Of a DNA stretch of 64,000 nucleotides, positions 1-13,279 are shown one piece after another. Origin of the DNA: Eledone cirrhosa (taxonomy: Eukaryota). Numbering within the stretch: position 1 is the first letter of the stretch; each line of letters opens with the position of its first letter. Under the pieces are notes generated by a model that was not told the origin of the DNA, did not search any database, and saw nothing but the letters and a program-made list of their open reading frames with translations. Location: assembly GCA_964016885.1 (NCBI GenBank), contig OZ024742.1, positions 71,796,001 through 71,860,000 on the forward strand, given 5' to 3'. The position numbers and the translations under genes are program-made.

Positions 1-559
1 TTGGATGCCTTTTGTATCACTAACCACTTTACAGTAAGAACTGGATGCATTTCATCATGCCACCAGCACTAGAGAGGTTGTCTCAACAGACTGAAAAGTC
101 CTCTCTACCTTGTGTCAGTTTTAATTTAGACAGAAGCTCACATCTACTCCATGCAGTCTTATCAATTTGGATTGACTGCTCTCTTAGACAAGCTACCTTA
201 TCTGTAGCTTATGGGGACCCCATCTAGCCCATGTCTACTCTGTGCATTCGTATGAGTTTAAGAAAGAATCAAATAGAAAGTGGGTAGATGGCCAGATAGG
301 GAGTGGGTAGGTATTCAAATAGGATGGTAGCAAATAGGAAGGTAGTAGAAAGGGGGCAGGTGTACTGGATATGGCAGCAATTGAGCAGGTTGCACACACA
401 TATACAATAAATGCAATATAATTAAGAATATGAATGGAAAAAAAAGAACATGAATAAATTATTTTTTAAAGAATGCAAAACAACAGTGGAAAAGTTCCAA
501 ATTCATATATATGTATCATCATCATAATCGTTTTATGTCCATTTTTCCTCGTTTGCATG

Positions 560-1050
560 GTTTGGATGAGTCTTTCTCAGCACAGCATTCTACTCACTGC
601 ATTCTTCATCATCTCCTCTGTGAGTCTCAGTGATTTGAGGTCAGATCTCACCACTTCTACCCAGGTCTTTCTTGGTCTACCTCTACTGCAGCTTCCTTCC
701 ACTGGCATTTCCTGACACTTCTTCACCCATTGATCATCATCTCTGTGCTTCACATGCCCATACCAATGCAGTCTTCTCTCATACACACTACCTCAGATTT
801 TACTTAAACCTAGCTTCTCCTTCAGTTCATTCAAGCTCAGCCTTTCTCTCACATTTACATTGCTCATCCGACAAATCATGGCTGCTTCATTTCTCTCCAG
901 TCTACACATGTCTTCTGCAGTCACTACCCATGTTTCACTACCATGCAGCATCAGACTTCGCACATAGGTATCAATCAGTCATCTTTTTGAACGTAGAGAG
1001 AATCTTTTGTCAACAGTGGGAGTAGCTCTCTAAACTTCTTTGACAACCAC
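560..1050 (-). mobile_element. RTE-clade LINE 3' fragment, degenerate
   Basis: ORF 577-786 reads RRLHWYGHVKHRDDDQWVKKC...GRPRKTW, a typical RTE ORF2 C-terminus. Confidence 0.75.
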
Positions 1051-1339
1051 TTTAATGGATCCTTCCTGTGACTTGAAGAGGTTTATATCACTGCTGCTCT
1101 CCCCTTCAATTACTCCTGTACATCTACATACAAAGTCTTCTTTTTTTGTTAGTCTTTTGGTACCAAAGATTTACATTGTGTACACCATATGGAGTTCATG
1201 CCTACTCCTTTTTTACTACAGCCAGTAGGCATCTCTAACAAAATACACCCCCCTCCCCACCCCATCCACACCGCCCCTTCAATGTAAAGTTATGTTGGTG
1301 CCACAACATCCAGGCCGAAACAAATGAGATCGTGTAGAC

Positions 1340-1675
1340 ACAGTCCACGCTGTAATGTGGTCGTGTAGGCAACACGGTAAAAACCTCCAGCCCCACACTG
1401 TAAATGTGGTTGGTGTTAGGAAGGGCATCCAGCTGTAGAAAACCTGCCAGACAGTCCACGCTGTAATGTGGCCGTGTAGGCAACACGGTAAAAACCTCCC
1501 AGCCCCACACTGTAAATGTGCTTGGTGTTAGGAAGGGCATCCAGCTGTAGAAAACCCGCCAGATAGTCCTATGCGAGCAAGACAAACACTCTTGCCTCAA
1601 GTGGGAAAACCCCCGTCCAAACCCATGCAAGCATGGAAGACGGACGTTAAACGTTGATGATGATGATGATGATGA
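1340..1675 (+). mobile_element. SINE with a Meta-like core (tggtgttaggaagggcatccagctgtagaa), (GAT)n tail and internal ~109-bp duplication
   Basis: Core motif occurs twice, then acccatgcaagcatgg...gttaaacg(atg)n. Related copies near 3290-3620(-), 5050-5120(-), 8470-8760(-), 42080-42300(+), 43720-43982(+), 56560-56800(-), 57835-58005(-). Confidence 0.7.
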
Positions 1676-4600
1676 GAGTAGGGCCACTTCCTTGAAGGAA
1701 TCAGGGTCCTATCTTCTTTCCTACTGACTAGCACTTTAGTTTTGGCTAAGTTTACTCTCAGACTTTTTGATTCAAAATTCAGTTTCTATAGTCAGAACTT
1801 ATTTTCTAGTTCTTTTATGGATTCGATTATAAGAACCAAATCATCTGCATAGGGAAGTTCCCATGGACAGCCAATTTTTATAGTTAACATGTAGGCTTTT
1901 TCTATGGTTTGTTAAAGTGGCAGGTGGTTTCATATTGTTAAGTGTAAATATATATTCCACTTTAATTTGTCATACATTTGCTAGGCCTGTGGCTTCAGTC
2001 CATTAGTTTGATCAATTCTAATTGTTCATTAAGTGGGTTAGGCTTTCAATTAAGTTAATGGGTGATTACAAAGATTTTGGTTTGTTAAGTGAGATAGTTT
2101 TTATATTAGGTGAATTGGTGATTCTAGTGTTTAGGTTTAGTTTGCCTGGGTTCTGAGTAGAGGATCTTGTGGTATATTTCGATGGATGTCTAAATGTCAG
2201 ATCGGCTTTATTGGGTACTAGCAGATTTACTCGGGGTTTGAAATTATGCTAAGAATATACAGCTAGGAAGTAAAAGAAGAACATTATTTGTCCCCAACCT
2301 GTCAAAATAAGCAGTCTCTTTATAAGGATTGTCAATAAAGTTGGTTATCTCCCTTTTTTTATAAGGATTGTCAATAAAGTTGGTTATCTCCCTTACATCA
2401 ATTTTGCTACCGATAATTTTGATATCGATTTTGTATTGCTCAACATGGTTCGATTGGAAAAATGTTTGTGATGTGCACAGAAAATTTGGTCAAATTCGGT
2501 TGGTAATTGTAAAAGCCTTAGGTATCCAAAGTTGTACACAGACACACACACACACATCCTCGCTTTTATATATATAAAGATGATCAGGGAATATTTCTGG
2601 TAGATTATGTGTGGGTGCATGGCCAATTGTGTAATGGGGTTGTAATCACTATAGATTATTATTTTAGAAATTATATAATATGATGGTTACAGTCTAATGA
2701 AGCCTGTCATCCCCATACCAATAATTGTTGCAAGTCTGGTTGTTTTGCTGGGAGGGTTGGACATGGTTTAGAAGGATGTGTGTGATTTTTACTTTTCCTT
2801 GTGCAGGATGGGTCTGATGAGTGAGGTAAAATGTAGGTTTATTTGTTACATGTGAGTTTGTGGAGAACTTTGGTTTATTCTAGATGTATTTAAGTTCAAG
2901 TTAAGGTAGTGGACAGTCTTCATTACACATATATATATATATATATACCATCATCATTTTTACATCCATTTTTCCATGCTCGTATGGGTCAGTGTATACA
3001 CACACACATGCATATAGCATCATCATATGTTTGTCCTGCTAGCAAAGTTTGTCACCAACCAAATCAGTACTTAATCAGAGCTACTGATCTCACAGATGGA
3101 CTGAGTTCCCGCTTCTCACTTACATGTATTTCTGCACTCTACAGGGGGCACCAGGTGCATTTAATCATGGCACCGGCACTAATGATGTTAGCATGTCATT
3201 GAGAGAGCTGAAGAGTCCTCCTGACGTTTTGTTAGGCAAGTTTTCTGCAGCTGAATGCGCTTCCTATGCCCAAACCCTACATATATATCATCATCGTTTA
3301 ACCTTCATTTTCCCATCTTAACATGGGTTAGACGAGTTGTCACATTATAAGACAAGTCAGAACTCAAGACCAACATGCTCATACAAATCTGTATTTTGGC
3401 TTGGTTTCTATAGCTGGATGGTGTTCCTAACACCAACCACATTAGTGTGGACTGGGTGCATTTTATCATGGCACCAAAACGACCACCTTAGTGTGGACTA
3501 GGTGCTTTTTGTCGTGTCACCAAGACCACCATACAGGGTGAACTGGATGCTTTTTGTCATGTCACCAACACGACCACCTTAAAGGGTGGAATGGATGTTT
3601 TTTGTTGTATCACCAATATGACCACCTTAAATATATATCCATGGTAGCGTGGAAAATGGATGTTAAACAATGATGATGAATGGTGGTGATGTTGGTGATA
3701 GTGATGGTCTTTCTGGTGTTAAAAGTGGTGGTGGATGTTGGTGGTAGTGGATCAAAGAATGGAATGGAAAAAAGACAAATAGATAGACAGATGTGTGTAT
3801 GTGAGAGAAAGAAAGAAAGAAGTAGAATGTGTGAGAAAGAGGTAGTGTGAGATAGAAAGTGGTAGTGATGTCTCGAAACATTATCAATATAATATCCGAT
3901 AAGATAAATTATTCAGTGAATTGTTTTATGAGAGTGTAAGCCACTCGAGCTCAGTTGGTTAGAATATATGGTGGATCCACTGACAGCTAAGACATAGGAT
4001 ATGTAAAGACTAGGAAAATGTACCTCCATCATCATCGTTTTTATATCTGCTTTCCATGCAGGCATATGTTGAATGGGTAGTCATGGTCTGAGATCAGACA
4101 GGTTTAAGTGACCTCATCTTGATCATATGCTCCATAGGCATGGTTTACTTTTCTTTTTTTTAATTAATTATAAATTATTTCATTACTAAGAAAATAACTT
4201 GACATATAATTCTTATATAAATAGAAACACTGTATTTCAATTAATTAATAAAGAATTTGGAGGGATACTTGGATAGTAACTTATATAAAATTATGTTGGA
4301 AGATTTTAGTTTAAATAGGAACCCTTTAAATAAACTTATGGTTCTTATATAAAATTTATAAGAAGATTTTAATTTAGAGTGTTTTTTTTTCATAGAAGCA
4401 GAGTCAATTTTAGCTGGGATGATATCAAAATGGTAAAAGAAAAAAATACCATGTAGTACATTGGTAGTTACCAAGATGGACATCATAAAAATGCTAAAAC
4501 ATATCTACAGGTGATAAATAATTTTGAAAGAATTTATTTGGTAAAAAATCAATGATAAATGTAGATTGTTGATTTTCAGCAGAAGTACAAATTACTCAGA

Positions 4601-5457
4601 TTGAATTTATAATACTATCAAAAGAATTGAATTAAAAATGGAGGTATCCACTTAAGTCATGTATATCAATATATGGATAAGCTCACTGTATTATAATTAT
4701 CTGCAACTATGCAAATCAAAATAATCTAACAAAGTGATAAATTGTGTAAAGTCAGGATAACTGAAGACAAAAGTATTACAAAGCATAATATAATATTAAA
4801 GAAAATTAACCAAAGATATCAATCAATTCAAAAACATTTATTTTTCGACAAATGTTTTAATTTCCGCCATTGTTTTAACATCTGCTTTCCCTGCTAGCAA
4901 CTGTTGGACAGGTCTACATAGACCAGAAGCAGAGCTACTGATCTCCAGAGAGGTCAGGGATCTGTATCTCACATATATTATCTTATATTCTACTAAGTGT
5001 ACAGGAGAAGTTGTCATGTCTTTGACACAAGTGAGGGTCCTCCAAATCCTTTGTTTGGCAAGATTTCTACAGTTGGATGCCCTTCCTGTCACCAACAACA
5101 TTACAGCATGTACTGGGAGTGTTTATTGTGTAGATCACCAAAACTAAAGAGGTTGCCATATCATGGCACGACTAAAAGCTCCTATCGACCCTCCCCCGTC
5201 CAAAATTAACATTAAAAATAATTGTATTATTGATGTAAACACACTGATAATGCATCAAATTATTTGCCACATTTCTTCAGGAAAAACAAAGATTTTCAAA
5301 ATTGATGTGTCAATTTATATTGACAGAAATACCAGAAAATCACGGAATAACCAGTGAAAAAACAAATTTACTGAATGGGCAAAGAATTTACTCATATTGA
5401 AGTAAGTTATATTAACAAATTACAAAGTATATATATTTACCAGTTCAGTGTAAACAT

Positions 5458-5640
5458 TAATTGTTTCTACTTTAGGCACAAGGCCAGCAATTACTCAGTG
5501 CATTACTGGTACTTTATTTTATCGACCCCGTAAGGATGAAAGGCAAAGTCAACCTCGGCGGGATTTGAACTCAGATCGTAAAGGGACGTAACTATGCTGG
5601 AAAGCATGGCGTCCGTCCCTCTACCGATACTGCCAATCCA
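5458..5640 (-). mobile_element. tRNA-derived SINE with Nin/Deu-like central domain
   Basis: Minus strand has A box TGGCAGTATCGG, B box GAGTTCAAATCC, core gcctttcatccttacggggtcgataaaataaagtacc and an aaacaatt tail. Near-identical to copies at 10122, 35395, 51398 and 53143. Confidence 0.85.
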
Positions 5641-5666
5641 TTAATAGTTTGAATTTATGAGTCTCA

Positions 5667-5814
5667 CCAAAGTCGAAACAAAAAGAGAGATAACTCTTGA
5701 TAACTGGCACCGGATACAGACAGTATCAATTAGCTGTTTACACACAAGCAACTGATACCATCTGTATCCAGTGACAATTATCTAGAGTTATCTCCCTTTT
5801 TGTTTCGGATTTGG
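5667..5814. repeat. Imperfect long hairpin (MITE-like) downstream of the ZNF stop codon
   Basis: ccaaagtcgaaacaaaaagagagataactc...gatacagacagtatca pairs with tgataccatctgtatc...gagttatctccctttttgtttcggatttgg. Confidence 0.8.
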
Positions 5815-6008
5815 CAAATTTTTTTTCTTCCTATATGAATATTATTGAGAGTAGTTAAGTTCAAAATAAAGTAAGGGTTTTCACCAGGAAAAGTAATTGG
5901 CTGTAGAATACTGTCTCAAGTAGTCTCATGTCAGCATGGAAAAAGTGGATGTAAAAACGATGAAGTTATTTTATTTTATATATAGAATGATTTTTAATAT
6001 TGACAAAG

Positions 6009-7550
6009 TTACTCTTCTGTATGAACACCAACATGTATATTTAACTGACTTTTTTGGGAGAATAACTTACCACAGATGTTACAATGATATGGCTTCTCAT
6101 GTATATGAAGACGTTTGTGTATGGTTAAATTACCACTCTGAGAAAATGATTTTCCACAGATATCACAGTGATATGGCTTCTCCCCCGTATGAATGCGTTT
6201 ATGTCTAGTTAGGTCACCTTTTACAGAAAATGAATTACCGCAGATATTGCAGTGATATGGTCTCACTTTTGTATGAATGCATACATGTACAGTTAAGTTA
6301 TTTTCAGTAGAGAATGATTTATCACAAATATCACAGTGATATGGTTTTCCTCCTGTATGAATGAGTTTGTGTTGAGTTAATTGACGATTTTGAGAGAAAG
6401 ATTTACTACAGATATCACAAAGAAATGGCTTCTCTCCTGTATGAATGCGTACATGTATAGTTAAATTATTTAACTGTGAGAATGATTCACCACAGATATC
6501 ACAGTGATATGGTTTTTCTCCTGTATGAATACGTTTGTGTCTAGTTAAGTCACTATTTCCAGTGAATGATTTACCACAGATATCACAGAGATATGGTCTC
6601 AATCCTGTATGAATACGGGTGTGTCTAGCTAGGTCACCTTTTACAGCAAATGATTTACTACAGATATCACAGTGATATGGCTTTTCTCCTGTATGAATAC
6701 GCTTGTGTCTAGTTAGGAAAACATTACCAGAGAATGATTTGCCGCAGACATCACAGGGATATGGTTTCTGTCCAGTATGAATGTGTGTATGTTTAATTAG
6801 GTTACCTTTATCAGAGAATGATTTATCACAGATATCACAGTGATATGGTTTTTCTCCTGTATGAACACGTTTGTGTCTAGTTAGATCACTTTTTCCAGTG
6901 AATGATTTACCACAGATATTGCAGTGATATGGTTTCTCTCCTGTATGAATGTGTGTATGCTTAGTGAGGTTATCTTTTTGAGAGACTGAAATATTACAGA
7001 TATCACTGTGATGTGTTTTCCCTATATGAATGAGAGTGTGTTTAGTTAGGGTAGCTTTATGAGAGAATGATTTACCACAGATATCACAGTGATATGGTTT
7101 CTCTCCTGTATGAATACGTTTGTGTCCAGTTAGGTTACTTTTTTGATAGAATGACTTCTTACAGATATCACAGTGATATGGTTTCTCTCCTGTATGAATG
7201 CGTATATGAGGAGTGAGCTCACTCTTTTGAGAGAATGATTTCTTGCAGATATCACAGTGATATGGTTTCTCTCCTGTATGAATACGTTTGTGAGTAGTTA
7301 GATTACCTTTTTGGTAGAATGATTTCTTACAGATATCGCAGTGATATGGTTTCTCTCCTGTATGAATAAGTTTGTGTATAGTTAGGTTACCTTTTTCAGA
7401 GAATGATTTACCACAAATCTCACAGGGGTATGGTTTCTCTCCTGTCTCCTCTATTATATAACCAGGAAAATCGATACTTTTAGACTCTTTTTTACTAGTA
7501 ATCTGGCTTTCACATAATCCATTTTCCATAATTTTTCTTTCAAAAGACAT
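6009..7550 (-). CDS. C2H2 zinc-finger protein, 513 aa, 17 fingers (6th degenerate), single coding exon
   Basis: Uninterrupted ORF of CxxC...HxxxH repeats with TGEKPY linkers; short N-terminus MENGLCESQ; probable splice acceptor near 7882. Confidence 0.93.
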   Translation of the reverse strand: MSFERKIMENGLCESQITSKKESKSIDFPGYIIEETGEKPYPCEICGKSFSEKGNLTIHKLIHTGEKPYHCDICKKSFYQKGNLTTHKRIHTGEKPYHCDICKKSFSQKSELTPHIRIHTGEKPYHCDICKKSFYQKSNLTGHKRIHTGEKPYHCDICGKSFSHKATLTKHTLIHIGKTHHSDICNISVSQKDNLTKHTHIHTGEKPYHCNICGKSFTGKSDLTRHKRVHTGEKPYHCDICDKSFSDKGNLIKHTHIHTGQKPYPCDVCGKSFSGNVFLTRHKRIHTGEKPYHCDICSKSFAVKGDLARHTRIHTGLRPYLCDICGKSFTGNSDLTRHKRIHTGEKPYHCDICGESFSQLNNLTIHVRIHTGEKPFLCDICSKSFSQNRQLTQHKLIHTGGKPYHCDICDKSFSTENNLTVHVCIHTKVRPYHCNICGNSFSVKGDLTRHKRIHTGEKPYHCDICGKSFSQSGNLTIHKRLHIHEKPYHCNICGKLFSQKSQLNIHVGVHTEE

Positions 7551-9108
7551 ATATTTTTCTTCTATTTCTATTTATATTTTATTTCTATCGAATATTTCTT
7601 CTGCTATATTTCCATCAACAGTCGATATCTGAAGAGGCTACAAACTACTTTGTAAGTTTAATTAGAATGTAAAATTCGCTTGTATGCATTACAGACAACA
7701 AAATAGAGAAATGTTGCTATTAATTTTAGTTCAGAGAAATATTTCACAGTAATTCTACTATAGGTTTATATAAACAGAGTTATATCTGTTATGAACATCT
7801 TCCTTGAGTCATTAAAAGATGATAAATATTGATGATGGATCTCAAGTAAAACATTCCGTTATACCAATCTCATCTGATATTCTGAAACAACATAGAAAGA
7901 GTATAAGATATAGAGAATACCTAAAAAGTAGAGCTTCAATAGTAGAAATTTTATTACATTTATATATTGATATATACTACAATATAGGAAACACACTGGA
8001 ACACCTCCAACTATTATTTTTTGCCACTTTTATTGGTTATGTCTCACAGCTATAGAGGAAATTAGTGTAAAAGAAAGCTCAATAGATGTGAGCCAGCTTT
8101 GAAGATGACAATGAAGTATGTACATGATTGGTGTGAACATCTATCTCATCTTCACCTTGACCTGTGGTAGTAAAGGTGGTACCAAGATACTTGTATTGTT
8201 CATCTTCTTCCAGAATCTTGCCAGTGAATATGACAGAGATCCTTTTTGAATGTGAGATGCCATCAGACTCGACTACATTGATCTTTATACCAACATATGT
8301 CATGATACACTGAGGTGTTCAATAGCTGACTGAACATAAATTGAAATAACTATCACATGATTATTGGCATAGTCAAGATCAGCGACATTAATGTCTCATC
8401 CCACAAGTTCCTTGATTACAACATTCTATGTGAAAACGTTTGAATCACTGAGTTTTTCTTGACTTTCATTATCATCATCATCATCGTCACTGTTTAACTT
8501 CTATTTTCCATGCTTGCAAGGGTTAGGAGGGTTTTCTTGTATTGAAGCATGATTGGTCAGGTGTCCACATCTTGTATGTATGCACTGTTTTTCGCTTGGT
8601 TTCTATGGCTGGATGCCTTTCCTAATGCCAAACATTTTATAGCATGTATTGGGAGCAGTTTTTTTCGCCTCCAGCACTACCATCTTACAAGGTAGATAGA
8701 GTGATTTTACTGTGGCACCAGCACTACCACTTTACTGGATGGACTGGATGTTTTTTTTATGTGGCATCATTGTATTGTTCTCCTTTGTCCTTGTACTGTC
8801 TCCAACATTTGGGCCCTTGTGACTGAAAGAAATCATAATTATTGACCCTGGCTCCTTATGCTCTCCATTCAAATTTTGCTGAGAACAATCTTGTCTTTCA
8901 TCCTTCCAGGATTGATAAAACAAAGTGCTTGTCATGTACTGGGGTTACTTTAATTAACTAACTTTAGCCCTCAACTTTCTGGCCTTGTGCTTAAATTAGA
9001 AACAATGTCACAGAGAAAGTAAAAGAGAGATTTATAGAGAACTAACATATAGGTTGAAGGGGAAAGGATACATACTAAGCAGAATGGCTGGCAAAGAACA
9101 TGACATGT

Positions 9109-9143
<35 letters not shown>

Positions 9144-10121
9144 GGAATCCTTTGTTGAGAGAATGGCAATTACATTTTACAAAGTTACATTTTGTGTTCT
9201 TTGTTCATTTTCATGAATGGAATATATATCTATGAAATTATATAGTCCTTTTTTCAATTAATTTTGTTTCCTTTTTCTCAAATTACTACAAATACTATAT
9301 TTGTAGTGTATATTAAATTCATCTTTCAGTAACCCTCACCTTTGTCACATAATCCAAGATATGGGAAGGAGCAAAAGAGTCACTAACTGTGGTATCCAAG
9401 GGCAAAGGGTAAGACCATCTGGTCTCTTCCCATTAAACCTTTCAATCTACAGGGAAATACATAAATTCTACATGTCTATATACTCAATGAGTATAATGTA
9501 GATATGTATTTATAGTACATTTGTAATGTTACAGGTATAGTAAATTTGTTTAGTTATTTACCTACTGTTATTCACAATGGTAAATGTATGCATCCAAATT
9601 TATCTGTACTATGATGGGTAACACTCTAGTATACTGTTTTGTATTAAGAATATTCAGGCAAATAAATATTAAAAAAAATTTGAAATGTCTAATAGTCTAT
9701 CATTACATATTCAGTAGCAGAAACTTTACCTTACCATTACATTTCTATACAATTATGCATTGTAGGCAGCTCATCTTACTAAACATATCAGGTGATGCTT
9801 GCAAAAGTGCATGATTATTCTAACACCATAACCCCACAGTCACCCACAACAGTGCTGTGAGTGTATTGACTTGCTTCAAACATTATTAGTGTAAATTCAG
9901 CGCATCCTTTTCAGACATGTAATTGAGTGTACATGTCTTCTTGGATCATTTTCTGCTTGTTTTCTTCCTTTTCTGTAACCACTTTCTAACAACAAATTAT
10001 AATCTTTTGATAATTTGTGTAAATTATACTGTAGTTTAGAGAATGATCAAGAATATGCTTGTTAATTTGTCTTGTTATTGTTTAAATATGTTGATTCATA
10101 ATTTCAGGCGAATATTTGCAA

Positions 10122-10300
10122 TAATTGTTTCTACTTTAGGCACAAGGCCAGCAATTACCCAGTGCATTACTGGTACTTTGTTTTATCGACCCCGTAAGGA
10201 TGAAAGGCAAAGTCAACCTCGGCGGGATTTGAACTCAGATCATAAAGGGACGTAACTATGCTGGAAAGCATGGCGTCCGACCCTCTACCGATACTGCCAA
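10122..10300 (-). mobile_element. tRNA-derived SINE (Nin/Deu-like)
   Basis: Near-identical to 5458-5640. Confidence 0.85.
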
Positions 10301-10399
10301 TATAGCAAACGTTTTAAAGAATGCATACAAATATACACACAAAAAAAGGAGAAAAAGTGGGAGAAGATGCGCATTCAATCACACGCAACAACAAGGGGC

Positions 10400-10745
10400 A
10401 TTGCAGTGGGTGATAGGGAAGGTAAGGTGTTGGAATAACCAAGCACCTCACGAACATGACCGGATACGTTGGTAAACCGAGCCGCCATAGTTTACCGATA
10501 ATTCCTGGTATTAAACAATTTATTTCGTTCGACTATGGAAGCAGTGACCCTCACATTTACTGCAGCATCTAAGATGAGGGAAGGAGTAAAAGAGTTATTG
10601 TGGCGTCCCAAACGAGACTTCTACCTCTTACCCAGGGACAAAGCGTAAGACCATCAGGCGTCTTCCCATCAACTTTCGGCACTCTAAATTCTGCGAAGCT
10701 CGGAGATAAAAGAGTTGCTCAAAGTGCCACTACTTCTCAGAATTG
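10400..10745 (-). mobile_element. CRE-like (RLE endonuclease) non-LTR retrotransposon fragment
   Basis: Nucleotide similarity to the [12 protein letters not shown] region at 32600-32720 and 49740-49900; further fragments at 9330-9450(-) and 11730-11975(+). Confidence 0.6.
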
Positions 10746-12508
10746 AGATATCACAGTTCCGATACTACAGATGTGTAGAATGTTTCAAGAATAACCACTG
10801 GACAGATTTCACGGACAAAACCAACTGGCAGGAGACCCAGGGGTAGACCCGAGCAAGATGGTTGGATAGCCCTCATGAGCTCGGCTGATCTCACTTGGGG
10901 ATCCATCCGGCTCAACTGGAAACGGTTGCTTCTGATACGACCCACTGGAAGGCATGCTTGTGGATTCTGGACCAACGACCCTGGGAGAAGGAAGAGGTTC
11001 AGCTCGATGCTCGGTATGGCGAACAAAGCGACCTGCGTTATGTTGTAGAGAACAGAATTAATATCGATGTCTCATTAATAACAAATACTGTCCAGTTTAT
11101 ACGTTAAAAATAATGGTAAATGGTACCTAGACAAGGTATTGAAATAGATGTTAAGAAATATAAACTTTATCTTTCTGTCTATATTAACATGTTGGGACTA
11201 ATGAAAGTTGGAACGAAATGTCAAATGGAAAATGAAATAGTATTGTATTAAGGCATTTTTACTACCGTAAAATTTCTGTTTTCTTCGGTTTCTTTCATTT
11301 ATTTTACTAAACACAACAAAACAATAAGATGTATGTAAAATAACACACATATACAATACAGATATTTATATATATTAATAACACTTACATATTAATACAG
11401 ACCCAATGTGGAAGATGTCACAATATGTTGAAGTAGTCAGAACTTGTCAGTGGGCAATGACAGCTTCAAAGAAACTTCTAAATTTTACTGTAACATGTTG
11501 GTTTACATGTTCAGGTCTTCATAATAAAGAATGCTGTTACTATGTCTTTACACGGTTAATTAGCAATCATTTTTTATTTAATTAGAACCACTAATGCAGA
11601 TGTTCACCATACAGTAGCAGAAAGTGAAAAGTATTATTTGAGAAGATTTAACTATTTCAGGGGAAGTAATTCTATTTCTAGTTTCAACATAAATATTAAA
11701 AATTCTAAAGTACCAGGAAACTATTTTGTGGCCTGTGACATTCGAGATATTTAGGGGAGCTGGACCTCTGACAACGAAGTTCTTGTCATCGTTGGTGGCT
11801 TGCCTTATCGTGGTATCCAGTCATGTGAAACGCTGACAAATGAAGTTCTTGTCAGCATTGGCGGCGCACCTTACCGAGGAGTCAGGTACTGTTCGTGAGG
11901 GTGCTTGGTTATTCCAATGCCTTAGCGTCGCCATCACCTGCGGTAATGCTGCCAGTGTGTTGGCTTACCTCAAAAAGTATTAGAGGGAGGGTCCGGACTC
12001 CATTGTGGTGTGTGACCCTTGACACAATTTGTGTTGACTGAATATTTTCTTTCGCTTTGGTCCTATATTTTTATGTGAAATTTCTATGTAATTAAGTAAT
12101 GTATTAGAATGTATAATGATAAACAATGTGTCATATCTTTTTTACAGTTATGAATAAAGATCTTTCTTCACTTGCAATATTTAAATATATAATGCGGCGG
12201 AGGAGGTGGGGGCTTACTATTCTATGTTCTAAAAGATGTATATTTCATAACTCTTCATCATCACCAAAATTAATACCCTCCTATTCACACCACCATCACT
12301 ATCACCACCACTACCATCATCGTCGTCGTCATCATTACCAGAATCATTTTCATTATCTCAACTGGTGGCTCGCCTCATAGAGGTAACTGGCGAATCTCGC
12401 GAGCGCGCTTTGTTGTTCTCGAGGGAACGCTGCGAGTGTGCTGGCTTGCCTAAAAAATCATTAGAGAGGTTTCCCAGTACTCCTCGCGACGCTGCTATCT
12501 TTTACTCT

Positions 12509-12589
12509 GGTAACACTTTGAGAATGACCATTACATTTGCATGAAATGTTTAGTTAACTTCTTTCTTCGGTCATTCTCAAAGTGTTACC
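12509..12589. mobile_element. 81-bp MITE-like element with perfect 21-bp terminal inverted repeats
   Basis: ggtaacactttgagaatgacc ... ggtcattctcaaagtgttacc; no clear target-site duplication. Confidence 0.65.
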
Positions 12590-12608
12590 TTTCTTTTGTT
12601 CTGGTGAT

Positions 12609-13090
12609 GACTCGGTTGTCCACCCCTTCCTTTATATTTTCTTTAATATTGAAACATTAAAGGAATATATCCTTCTGAAAGAATCGCCAGCAATTTATAA
12701 TGTTATTTAAGCATTTGTAGTGTTATTTATGTATATATTTAAAACATATTTGTTATGTTATTCTACTGTAAATTTATTTATATGCTTTGTATATTAATTG
12801 TATTTATTTATATTTTCATTCTGTAAAGAATTATAAACAATTAAAAATGGCTCGGTTGTTCACCCCTTCCTTTACATTTTCTTTAATATTGTAACATTAA
12901 AAGAATATATATTTCTGAATGAATCGCGAGCTATTTATAATGTTATCGAAGCATTTGTAATGTTATTTATGTACATATTTAAAACATATTTGTTAGGTTA
13001 TTCTACTGTAAATCTTTTTATATGTTCTGTTTAAATTTTCATTCTGAAAGAATTGCAAACGATGTGTAATGTTATTTATACAACTATGAA
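12609..13090. repeat. Diverged ~240-bp tandem duplication, AT-rich
   Basis: ctcggttgt(c/t)caccccttccttta(t/c)attttctttaatattg at ~12611 and ~12851, with collinear downstream sequence. Confidence 0.75.
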
Positions 13091-13279
13091 TAAAAGTATA
13101 TAAATATTAAAAAAAAAACATTAAAAATAACTATAATTATCGACATCAACACCAATGTGGCATTGGTGTTGTTGCTTTTAGAATTGTTTCCATTTATTTA
13201 ATTGATTATATATATATATATAATGTAGGAAGTGAGTTTTATTGTAGTTATTCTACTGTAAATCTTTTTATACCTTGTA

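Noticed and set aside
1880-4850. Possible old PLE fragments on the minus strand (1880-2900, 4200-4850)
   Set aside because: Only faint motif resemblance; cannot be supported without alignment
5560-5640. tRNA gene
   Set aside because: A and B boxes belong to a multi-copy SINE head; no complete cloverleaf
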